From assembly GCA_051294905.1 (NCBI GenBank), contig CM119372.1, forward strand, positions 4,032,001 through 4,096,000: a stretch of DNA of 64,000 bases, read 5' to 3'. A model generated the notes under the pieces. The model was not told the origin of the DNA and made no database searches. It was given only the letters and a program-made list of their open reading frames with translations. Shown here piece after piece: positions 1-11,873 of the stretch (position 1 is its first letter; each line of letters opens with the position of its first letter). Source of the stretch: Botryllus schlosseri. Its lineage: Eukaryota. The position numbers and the translations under genes were made by a program.

Positions 1-1118
1 TTATAACATCTTTGGTTCATATTTATTGCATTTCAACTGCGGGCCACTCTATGCATGGCGCTGGCAGCTATAAAAATTAACACTAAACGAGCATGCACCT
101 TGACACCTCTCAAAAGTTTTACTTGCTTTGTTACAAAAGTTTGCTCGAAATATCCAGCTTTCCGTTTGTGAATATGTAGTGACTCTCTGCTATGAGTTTG
201 ACCCGCAATCACACAACATCACGAGCGAAATACGTAGTCAGCGAATGATGCTTATTCAATCAATCAATGAGATTGATATCGTTTTCTCGTGCAAAAAATC
301 TAGCTGGCGTACGGGGTCAATCTTGACTTCATATCTTTACTCAGTTTACTGCATTAAAACCAAATCCTTGCGATTGAGATGTTGGCTACTGCTGCATAAC
401 TTATAAATGGGGTAATATTGGTAGCAAGTATAGAAAGTAGAAACCCGCTTTACACTCTGCTCAATATCAATGTAGCGATACTCAGACGCCGAATACATTG
501 TCCGGTCTGGCCTATATTCCCTGGTAAGTCCTCGTTGAAATTGTTGGCAAAGCGACGGAAGATATTGATTTGATAGGAGTATTATATCCTTTGATTGCCT
601 CAGTTGATATACGTTTAGCGATGTTTAAAACGCCAACATGGAGTTCGATGTGGCCCGAGTCGTCGCTAGGTATCGTGTACATTAATACAGGCTATCACTT
701 CATTGAAAGATAGGCTTGGAATTAGCAATATGACGTCACGTGACGTCATGAGGTTCATGTTCGTGTTCACACAGAACCTTTCAAAAAGGTTCGCGTTCAC
801 ACGAACCTGAACCTTTCAGAGGTTCACACCATCCCTACTAATTACATCATCGCGCTGCGAAAGTTCAATGCAATGCCATCCATTCCCTATTTCTAAGGAT
901 GATTTCATGTATTTTCAGCGACCTGAACAGATTGAAAGTAGCTTTCGATTGATTAATCCTACGACAATCACTTTTATTTGGAATAATCACAGACCAATGT
1001 ATAGTGGAAATAAATAACTGCCAAATCATGAAATTCAGGGTTAGGGTTAGGGACTTAGGGTTAGGGTTCGAATGTGCTGATAACCAATGCCTCTGATTAA
1101 CTTGCTAGGAGTGTCCAA

Positions 1119-2730
1119 TAGGGTTGTCCAAAATTTGGAAAATCTTAAAAATACCCCGTGATTGTGTCTCATTCCATAGATTATTGATAAAAAATAACAA
1201 TGAGCCCAAAAGAAGCTCACGGGATAGCCGTTAAGATTTCAGCCGAAGCGTTTTAAAGTAGCTGCCCAAGAATGGGCGTGCCACTGACCATAGAACGGCG
1301 AGAAGACTAGTAATCAAATAACCACGGCTCCTGATTGGCTAATTGGCTATGCTTCAATGATCACCACAGCAACAACTTGCTGATTATGTGCTCAAGGAGT
1401 CTGCTACCGGTGGGGATTCTGAAATCGCGTTGTTGGTAGGTTGGCAGATGATGATTTAAGATTAATTCAGGACATGTTAAGGTACGAAATACATGATGAA
1501 CAATCAACAGCTGATTCACAAAAACTTCTACAGCATGACTGCTTTGTTGGAAGGAAACGGCTGTAGCCTACATGCCGTGTTTTCATCGAGGGAAAGCAAA
1601 GGCGCTCATGCAAGCGGTAAACGAATTCCCCGTTTGGAAAGGATCCATCATCAGTGAACACAAATATAAAGCTTAACAATGACACGATACCGTAATTTGT
1701 GTGATGTTATTAGGCTCAAGCTGTAATATATAGGTGACGTTTTGAATGATATTGGAATCGGCTGAATCAGCGGGTTATGCTTGGCACTCATCAGATGCTT
1801 ACAGTAAATTGAATTCACTTGTAAGTGTTGCTAAAGTCCCTAATGATAACGCACACTCGCACAGGCTATGCCCAATGTGGTATGTCAAAGTCCCTATTGA
1901 TCCCGCAGAAAATAGGTGTAAAGATAATCACAGACTATACTGCATAGTATCCAGCATAGTTTGGACATGATATCCAGCATTGTGCTTACTTTACACCTCT
2001 TTTCTGCAGCATCATTAAGGACTTTGACAACACTTACATGTGAATTCAATTTGCTGAAGTATAACTGCCAAGCACAACCGGCTGATTCAGTCAATCCCTA
2101 GAGCATTCAAAATATCAACTATATACTACAACTTGAGTCCAATAAGCTCACACAAAGTATAGTGTCATGGTCAAGCTTTATATTTGTATTCACTGATAAT
2201 GGATCCCTTCTGAAACGGGGAATTCGTTCACTACTTGCCTAAGCGTCTTTGCTTTCCCTCGATGAAAACACGGCATGTAGGCTACAGCCGTTTCCTTCAC
2301 AATAAAGCAGTCATGCTGTAGAAGTTTTTGTGAAGCAGCTGTTGATTGTTCATCATGTATTTCGTACCTTAACATGTCCTGAATTAATCTTAAATCATCA
2401 TCTGCCAACCTACCAACAACGCGATTTCAGAATCCCCACCGGTAGCAGACTCCTTGAGCACATAATCAGCAAGTTGTTGCTGTGGTGATCATTGAAGCAT
2501 AGCCAATTAGCCAATCAGGAGCCGTGGTTATTTGATTACTAGTCTTCTCGCCGTTCTATGGTCAGTGGCACGCCCATTCTTGGGCAGCTACTTTAAAACG
2601 CTTTGGCTGAAATCTTAACGGCTTTCCCGTGAGCTTCTTTTGGGCTCATTGTTATTTTTTATCAATAATCTATGGAATGAGACACAATCACGGGGTATTT
2701 TTAAGATTTTCCAAATTTTGGACAACCCTA
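1119..2730. mobile_element. Foldback/MITE, hAT-type, with ~730-bp inverted arms
   Basis: Termini TAGGGTTGTCCAAAA...TTTTGGACAACCCTA. 8-bp TSD GTGTCCAA at 1111-1118 and 2731-2738. Arms near-identical in the outer ~400 bp and more diverged inward. A partial right-end copy lies at ~22750-22996. Confidence 0.9.
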
Positions 2731-3328
2731 GTGTCCAACTAACTAACTCTCTCTCTCTCTCTCTCGCTCTGAGCGTCCCTGTCGGAACTATAAATTTACT
2801 CAGATAACAATAGGATTATATTAGTCGGATCATCACCTGGTCTGATCATGTGCTTGTGCATGCCATACAGTTACATGATATTTATCGATAGGCCTACGTG
2901 CCGAATTGTTCACCAAGTTCCTCAAGTGCCGAGTTCGCTACTGGCAATCGTCCTATATGAACATGACTTTCTGCGATCTGGAAGTTACCATTGAATGAAG
3001 CGCCATCGCATCAAGCCGAAGACTCTAATTTTAGTAGTGAAATAGATTATCAGCACTCTGTCGTTACAATAACAGCAAAATCCATTAACAATGGCGAACT
3101 GAAGTGCGTGCATTTTACGATATTACGCGACCATACTAATCCAATAATTAATTTTTGAGCGTAAAACTGACCTGGCGAACTGGATGTTGAAAATAAACCC
3201 AGATTTCAAGGATAAAAACCCAGAAACCCAGGTGATGCTCAAAAAACCAAGATCTGGGTGGAAAAACCCAGGAGTGGCATCTCTGATCCATGGCTTCCCT
3301 GCTTGGCGCTCATGCATTACTGGGATAG

Positions 3329-3755
3329 CAGAGATGAGCATGGATTAGGACTAGGTTTTGAAAAAACAGGATTTGTGAAATTTTGTCGGATTTGGATTGG
3401 ATTTGGATTAGACATTTTTTTCAGAACGGATTAGGATTTGGATTGGATTGAACTATTTTCTGGTACATTGAAATGTCGTGTGGCGAATGGCGACAAACTT
3501 TATTCAGATCAGTTATTAATGTACTTATGATTACTAAGTTATCTTGAATCAAGCGAATCGTTGGTTGTGAAAGAAAATTTTCGAATCCCTCCATTGCATA
3601 AATTAATATTTTTTCTGAATTTCCAGTTGGAATCGGATTAGGATTGGACATGGACTTGAATATGAAAAAGTTATGGATTAGGATTTGGATTTGGATTTGA
3701 AGGTTCGGATTTGGATTGGATTAGGACATAGAAATTTCAAATCCGCTCATCTCTG
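3329..3755. mobile_element. hAT-type MITE (CAGAGATGAGC TIR)
   Basis: TIR CAGAGATGAGC/GCTCATCTCTG. 8-bp TSD TGGGATAG at 3321-3328 and 3756-3763. Internal GGATT repeats. Second copy at 14870-15290 in the opposite orientation. Confidence 0.9.
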
Positions 3756-4630
3756 TGGGATAGCATGGAGGGCTGGAGCATGACTTAGAAAGCCGTAAAG
3801 GCTATATCTGCACTTCCTTGTCCAGCGGCATATTCACATCATGCACTCATGGTATGCATATGCGCAGATCGTGTGTATGTGTATCATGAGTCGGTGTATA
3901 TGCCGCAAAACATCAAGGACAAAAATAAACTACGTCCTTCCTTCCTTCTTCCCACCGCCGAGCTTTATACAGTTCGAAGTTTACTATTCTTGACCCTTCC
4001 CACTACCGGTGACGTCGTGTTTTGTGATACGATTGTTGATATACAATGTTGTTTTTAATTATCCGCTATTTGCTGACGATTGCCCATGACGAGTGTCGAC
4101 ATTCGGGTTCACTTCAATATAATTGCCAGTATACTGGTGATCTGTTCGCATCGTTTAGTAGCATCGATTTAGAACAGCAATTCACTAACGACCTTCGGAA
4201 AGTAATCCGAGATTCCGAGGTTCATCGTGCTCACTGCTCGCTTTACGTAATGACAAGGTTCATGGTTTTCATTCAATGTCAATCCTATAAGGTCACAATC
4301 GGGGCACTTTCAGCTTTAAATGAATGTGGCAATGACGACTTTCAATCACTACCGTATTATGATGGGAATGGAACGCCGTCATAGCATAGCTTTAGCCATA
4401 GACAGCAAACAGCATATTGATGCCGAGCTGTGATTCACTTACTGATTCATGTTCTTGATATCATACTGCTGTTTTTTAGGCGTGAGATCAAAGGTAGAAA
4501 AGAGTTCGTTTACCGGTACCGATAAGTTCTCTGCCAGATTGGAATTGGTGGCAACGTCACGCGCAACTTTTCGTTCAACTATTGAACTAATTGTTCCATG
4601 CAACAAACCCTTCTGTGAGTGTCATGCTGG

Positions 4631-5852
4631 CAGAGGTGGTCAAAGTAGTCAAGAATGCTACTCAAGTAGAAGTAGAAGTAGCGACGAAAACATCTACTCA
4701 AGTACGAGTAGAAGGACTTTCTCCATAAGCAACCTAAAACTACTTGAAGTAGAAGTAGAATTGACCGACTTTAAAAGTACTCGCGTAAGTAAGTAGTTGG
4801 GAAAACGATCCTAATTCGTTCACATGGATTGTAAAAATTAGGTGCAAATTGAGCTATACGAAAGGTGACGAGCTTGATTCATATTGATGCATACCAGTAG
4901 GTATCCAATTTTCGATAGCATCATGGGATGAAAATGATAGTATTGATATGGAAATGCGATACTAATCCTCTGTTTACTCGAACAGCACGTTTTAGAAATA
5001 GCATGGTATGGCGCCATCCCCCATATTATAGCGCCCGTAGTTTAGTCGAAGAGCAATACGGAGAAGTTGTATAGCATACCGTGTAAACACTGTGCGCGAT
5101 TAGTAAACGTTAATAAAAGATATGGTGGACCGTAAAAATGCCAGCTTTATTTGCGGAAATTAAAGGCATTGCTACACTTGCTTTATACTTCAACATGTAT
5201 GTTAACCAGACAAAAGAACTGATAATAATTATTACTCAAAGTACATGATACTGGGAATTGAAAGTGAAACATGAATACTACTTATAAAAGCGGAACATGT
5301 AATTCATGCCTTCAGTCCAGAAAGTTTCAAAGGTGGTATGCTAAAACAGCTCTAAAACTAACAAAAAAAGTCAGAGTCCACTTTTCCAGGTTAGGACACG
5401 CCATGGACATGTTAAATTACGATATGACAAGTAAATGCTAGATGACGAAACATCAGATTCAGACGTTATGATGAGCCATATAAACTGAGATGAATTATTT
5501 CATATAGGCGAAATTGTATTCATCGATACTTTCGTGAAATCATACGGATCACTTCGTATCCACTGCGCGCGAAGCGCGACGAAAATTCTGGGCTTTACCA
5601 AACTTTTATGAAAATTAAATGTTGATAATCCGTAAAAACAGCCCCGAAATTCCTCAGGCTATCTTCCTGATCGGAAGATTGAACTACTTCTACTTGACAA
5701 ACTGAAAATAGCGAAAAGTGAGTAAGTAGATCACCAAATATCACGAAGTAGAAGTAGCGAAAATCAGATCTACTTGAGTAAGTACCACAAGTAGAGGAAA
5801 ACTATTTGAGTACTTCGAAAAAGTAGAAGTACTTCGTTACTGACCACCTCTG
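4631..5852. mobile_element. Non-autonomous hAT-type element (CAGAGGTGGTCA TIR)
   Basis: TIR CAGAGGTGGTCA/TGACCACCTCTG. 8-bp TSD CATGCTGG at 4623-4630 and 5853-5860. Subterminal AAGTAG repeats. No transposase ORF. Confidence 0.9.
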
Positions 5853-6887
5853 CATGCTGGTGATGCTGACTGCTGCTGCTTCATGGACTTGTGAAATACC
5901 GCATGATATCAGTAGGCTACTCTCCTCACTGTCTTGTATTCTTGCTTGGCAATATTTGACTGGACTTGTAATATTAATCACTATGTAAGGTAATGCTATC
6001 GACACCCAAATGCAAAATTTGAATTGGTCTCAATCAAAGGCAAATATCGCGATTCTGAAATGGTAAATTATAATTTGATCAGGGCACTAAAACCCCTCCA
6101 AACTTCTTGACTTAATTTTGTACTGTTGACTTTCGCTGTGTCTGTGTGCAACCCTGTAATCATTTTTTTCTCTTATTATGATTGATTTACTATAGGCCTA
6201 CTGCAACCAAATAAACTAGACTGGTGGCCTAGCGGTTCATTCATATCTCCATCACCCAAGCTCCTGTAACATTTTGAATTATAAAAAAATTGAAAGTTTT
6301 TTTTTCGAAATTTACTGACTAGCCTACCTCATGAAATTCTTACGTCTTCTGAAAATATGACGCCAAACTTGATACGACGCAAAACCCATAGAAGCGAAGT
6401 TACGAGTTGAAAATTTTGTATTTAAAAACATGATGAAGAAACTAAAAATAACTCAACTGGAAGTGCGTATGTCTATATATAGCGCATGAGACAGCCCAGT
6501 ATGGAATCGGTGTCCACGGCACGCAGGATCACGCCGACTTGGTCGCCAGTTGCACGCCGTCACGGGTCGTTGATTTTATTTTATTTTTTTTTCAAAAAAG
6601 TCAATGTTCTCAGCCACCCCAAATGCTATATTCCAGTTAGTATGTGGTATATAATGTTGGTAAAGTACTGTCTGTTGGTAAAGTACTTGCACCTTGCCAG
6701 TTGCTAACCATTAGCATCTGATCTCCTGTCACTGGTTAAACACAGTCATTTGAAAGCAGTAACCTTGCTTGTAACGCTGCAAAGTTGACTCTGTCACGCG
6801 AAAAAAGCTCCTATCACGCAGGATTTATTTAAAAAAAAGGACGGAGATTCCATACCGGGAGACAGCAGTTCCATGGTCTGTGTAGGC

Positions 6888-7335
6888 TAGGCTTACCATA
6901 CGTCCTCTTTTAAGAGGATTTGTCCTCTTTTTTGACTTTTTTGAAAGTGTCCTCGGAGGACGCCCTTTTGTCCTCTTTTTTGAGATTTTGTCCTCTTTTT
7001 TGAGATTTAGAGCAGTTTTAGAGCAAATTGCGAGTGATATGCCGCATATTAGCACAGAAGTGAAGCTCCGACGGGTATTGCGAAGTGAAAAACGGTGATT
7101 TTAGCTCTGAGCGAAAAGATGACCTTTTTTTTTTTTTTTTTAGTCATCCACCTGGCAATGTGGATTAAAAAACGTTATTTTGAGCCCTGAGCGGAAAAGA
7201 TGACCTTTTTTTTTAGTCAACCGATCACAAAGTGGGAAAAATTAACCGGTTTTTGAGAATTTCACTCCGGTTTTGCAAGTTGCAAATTTCTGAAAAAGTG
7301 TCCTCTTTTTTGATTTCCAAAATATGGTAAGCCTA
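6888..7335. mobile_element. hAT-type MITE (TAGGCTTACCATA TIR) just upstream of citrate synthase
   Basis: TIR TAGGCTTACCATA/TATGGTAAGCCTA. 8-bp TSD GTGTAGGC at 6880-6887 and 7336-7343. Internal GTCCTCTTTT repeats. Confidence 0.9.
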
Positions 7336-7458
7336 GTGTAGGCGTGCTCACAATTCTAAGGATTTTCGCTTTCTTAAGTGTTCACAAAATGATGAACAGA
7401 AACATTACACTTTCAGAATCTAGGTAATACTGCAGTGTAGTTTTTCCCCAAATTTGTG

Positions 7459-9918
7459 ATGTTCTCGGAAAAAGCTGTTACCCGTCTTTTCCCATCACTA
7501 GTAAAATATGGAGCTATATCCAGATCGTACAGCGCCGCGGCCTCTACCAATTTGAAAGAAGTTCTCACAAACATGATCCCGGAAAAGCAAAAAGAAATCA
7601 TGGAATTCAGGAAAGAATACGGAAGCGCCAAAGTTGGCGATGTCAACGTAGACATGGTCTACGGCGGTATGAGAGGTATCAAAGGTATGGTATGGGAAAC
7701 GTCTGTGTTAGACCCGGAAGAAGGTATTCGATTCAGAGGTTACAGCATTCCGGAATGCCAACAGCTTTTACCGAAAGCAGAAGGTGGTTCGGAACCTATA
7801 CCAGAAGCACTATTTTGGCTTCTAGTGACAGGTGAAGTACCAACAAAGGCACAAGCGGACGCGTTGAGTAAAGATTGGGCAAAAAGGGCTGATTTACCAC
7901 AACACGTTGTCAACTTATTAGATCAACTACCAAGCAATGTTCATCCAATGTCCCAACTAAGTGCCGCGATTACTGTTCTCAACACAGAGTCGAAATTCGC
8001 AAAGGCCTACTCTGAAGGAGTTAACAAGAAGTTATACTGGGAACTGGTGTACGAAGACGCAATGGACCTGATCGCTAAACTGCCACCAATCGCTGCCAAG
8101 ATTTACCGCAATTTGTACAGGGATGGCAGTCCCATAGGCACTATCGATGAAAACGCGGATTGGTCTCTCAACTTTTGTAGAATGCTTGGTTACGATAACC
8201 CCGGATTCATCGAGCTTATGCGTCTTTATTTGGTGATTCACTCTGATCACGAAGGAGGCAACGTCAGCGCGCATACTTCGCATCTCGTCGGCAGTGCGTT
8301 GAGTGACCCGTATTTGTCTGTGGCTGCGGCAATGAATGGACTCGCAGGACCTCTGCACGGTCTTGCAAATCAAGAAGTCTTGGTCTGGTTGACCGGTAAG
8401 TAATTTAGTCGATTGTAATCATTGTCTTCTTTAGATGATGTTTTGTGGAATAATCTACAAGCCTTTATCAGATTGTCGGACTCGCTAGATGTTTTCAAGC
8501 GTGAAATCAAAATCGTTTCATTTACTCGTGCTATGGCTGTGTTCATTAGCATTGTTCAAAAACAACTTTTTTTTGGGTAAAAGTATTAGCTGTGCTAATG
8601 AACGCCACACAACAAATTTGACTCAATTCCAACCTTTATTAAAAAATGATTTGAACAGCTTCTTGGAGGTACATATCTTCGTATATTCATATTGAAATGA
8701 ACCCGATTCAGCCGAAAATATTCAGGTTCATTTCAATTTGAATAAAAAAAAGAATTGAAAAAAAAACTTGAAATTGTTGAGCTGTCGAAAAAACGACGCA
8801 TAGCAATTTTGGCTCAATTCCAACTAGTGGAAGCAAAGTTATTGTTGTTGGATTTGAAATTATAGGCTAGTATTTACGGTGGTCAGTTCTAATCAGTAAT
8901 TAAAAAATTTTCCACCATGATTACTAGTATTTTCAGTCCACAATTTTGTACTCAAATAATTTAGATTCTACCGGTTGAAATCGGGCCAAATTTGCTATGC
9001 ACTGTTTTGTTGCAGACAACCTGATAATTTCATGCGGTTGCCAGCAAAATTTCAACAACAAAAATTATTTTGGGACAACCCTACCCTATTGATCGATCAT
9101 TCTTTCCCTACAGCAACGCAATCCCTCTTTTATACACAAATACATATACTTTTTTGATTTTATCACCCTTGTGTAAATTGCTGTATTCGTCGCTCTATAA
9201 ATTATAATATCAACTGATCGAATAATGTATTCATATTGAAATGAAAACAACTATTTTTTGCTGACACTTGTCAGGGGTAATTGTCAGCAACTAGTAAAGA
9301 AATAGAAATAACATTGCCCAATTCTCTGGTAGATGCTGATGAATACCCCTGACGAGTGTCAGCCGATTATATTCCGGTTTATTTCAACATGAATACAATA
9401 TCGAATTGTATATTGAAGTTCTGCACCGTCGAACAGCTCTTCAACTAACTGATTTTCATGCAGGTGTCGCAAAGGAGCTTGGCTCTGCCGAAGTGTCTGA
9501 TCAACAACTGCACGATTACATCTGGAGCACGCTGAAAAGCGGGCGGGTTGTGCCTGGTTACGGGCATGCCGTTCTCCGCAAAACAGACCCCCGCTACACT
9601 TGTCAAAGAGAATTCGCATTGAAGCACTTGCCGGATGACAAAATGTTTAAGCTCGTGGCACAAATTTACAAGATCGTTCCGGATATTCTGCTCGAGCAAG
9701 GAAAGGCCAAGAACCCGTGGCCGAATGTAGATGCACACAGCGGCGTTCTCTTGCAGCACTACGGCATGACCGAAATGAGTTACTACACCGTACTCTTTGG
9801 CGTCTCGAGAGCGCTCGGGTGTCTGTCTCAGTTGATTTGGAGCAGGGCGCTTGGTTTGCCGTTGGAAAGACCAAAATCTATGAGCACGAGCGGTCTGATG
9901 CAGCTTGTTAAAAAGTAA
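7459..9918 (+). CDS. CS: Mitochondrial citrate synthase, 463 aa, 2 exons: 7459-8395, 9464-9918
   Basis: Hallmark motifs [49 protein letters not shown] and [11 protein letters not shown]. Basic/Ser-rich N-terminus resembling a mitochondrial presequence. Phase-1 intron GTAAGT...CTAAC...CAG joins LVWLT-G-VAKELG in frame. Confidence 0.97.
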
Positions 9919-11260
9919 TGGCCGAAGAAACGTATATATTTATAGGATTCAAGTTCTTGATATTTTGGAATTCTGTTAATCGTCCGTGTAAAGACATATT
10001 ATTGTAATAATCTCAATTTGGATATAACTGAATGAACCTGTTGGAGCATATAAAATCGAAACACCAGAGTCGCGAATGTCTGTCCATTTTTATCAAGTTT
10101 ATATGCATGCAGACACAGTTCAGATAGCGTTGGCTGGAGAGAGCAGATTTGAGAGGTCAGTATCAGTAAGGCCCATGTAAGACTATACTGTGATTTTAAT
10201 CCCGAGATCGTTTTTTATTTCCCCTCGGGACATCCAACGTGAAATACCATATATGAGTCACAATATTATGTGATGAACTGTCAGTGCTGACACACAAATT
10301 ACAGTAGGAGCATGACCGACAAGATAGCGAAACGATGGAGCGTCCCGGCTGGGTCAGACCTAAGACCATCCTTGTCCGGCGGCCTACGCACGATTGCACA
10401 TGCTCATGATATGCATATGCACAGATTGTGTGTGTGTGTATCATGAGTCGGCGTATATGCTGCGAAAACATCGAGGAGAAAACCATAAAAAAGAAAAAGA
10501 GGTAGGCTATACTATAAATTTATAAATCTGTAGGAGTGTCTGCTGTGTACTGTGATTTCAAATGTAAAATCAAGAACAAAATTAATTTTACCAGCAACAG
10601 ACACAAATCCTTACACCTTACATTGCCAGCAATATATTTCATCATCTGTTTTAACCACAAAGTTGCCAATACAACGTCATTGCAAAATGGTTTTTGTGCT
10701 TTGAATATTCGGAAGAAATGAGCTTGCTCATTCTGTTTCTGTCAATTCAAATTTCTTTAATTCCAGTTGGGAAGGAAATTTACAGCTGTAATGGTTGTTA
10801 GTTGCTGCAGGACAAGACAAGTTTAGTCGCAATTTCAAGGGTCACGAATAAAATTTAGTTAAATATAGTCAAGTACACAGCAAAGATACTCATTACTCAT
10901 TTAGTCTCTATGTTTCTGAAATTTTGACATAAATTTGTCCGCAGGTGAGGCCTACTTCTTGGTAACTTCTTGCAGCCCACACACAACTCCCAAAATGCCC
11001 ACAAGTTTGCTGGCCACTGCATTACGCCATATATCATATTGACTAGAAAGCATCAAGCACAAAAATATACCACAAAATGAAATCTGTAAACATGAAGGTG
11101 TCTTGAGTGCGATCATGTCCATGGTTTTGAACTTCTTCCTCTCGAACTGTTAGATCTGTAAATCATACCGTATTACGTTGATCTCAACAGGTCAGTGATG
11201 CGGCAAATTAGTCATCATTCGTACAAAAATGCAAGTAGAAGTAGACATGTATGCAGATTG

Positions 11261-11696
11261 CAGGGTGGTGATGACTCGACTGACAATTCTACGGTGACTC
11301 GACTAAGTCTTTTGACTCGAGACTGGGCTGGCCAAGAGAGACATTTCGTTGTAACTTCAAAGAATAGTAAGCTACCACATTACATGTACTTCGTCTATTA
11401 GTACTGGTTTTGTAAAATGGGGCCAGAAACTTTGAACGGTGAGGAAAATTAATGTGCTATGAATGGGAGGCATTGAACATAACTAAAACATAGTTGTAAA
11501 AAGTGACTTGAAAAGGATTGAACTCAAAAATGAACGGTGACCCGGACTCAAGTCTCAACACCGAGACTAGGACTCTAACCTTTGAAGCCTGACTTAGAGT
11601 CGGACTTGGCTCGGTGGTGAATTGAAAATGACCTGACTTGACTCGATTCAAATTTCTATAAAAGTAGAATTGACTTGTGACTAGGCTACAACCCTG
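11261..11696. mobile_element. Degenerate copy of the CAGGGTTGTAA / GACTCGAGTC MITE family
   Basis: Ends CAGGGTGG...ACAACCCTG. Similar to the intact copy at 46451-46990. Confidence 0.65.
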
Positions 11697-11873
11697 AATG
11701 TAGGTCTTGAAAGTACTCGAGTAGTTTAGAAAATAGAATAGGTTGATGGGTGACCACTTTTGAAATTGTGAGATTTATCTACATTTTCACTATGAAGGTG
11801 ACACAGACAAACTCCGAAGCTACTTTCTACGCAAGTGGAAGCAGTCTATGAGTATGTAAAACATTATCTTAAC

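Noticed and set aside
1467..4796. Short ORFs such as MSNPNPIPTGNSEK... and MADDDLRL...
   Set aside because: They arise from MITE internal repeats and foldback arms and show no transposase features.
8032..9874. Antisense ORFs over citrate synthase (and similar ones over THOC1 exon 14 and the Gypsy pol)
   Set aside because: Shadow frames of real coding exons with no recognisable motifs.
10300..10490. HDV-like ribozyme in the repeat shared with ~3765-3930
   Set aside because: A TCCTTGT loop-like motif is present but the required flanking helices could not be paired. Treated as an unclassified repeat.
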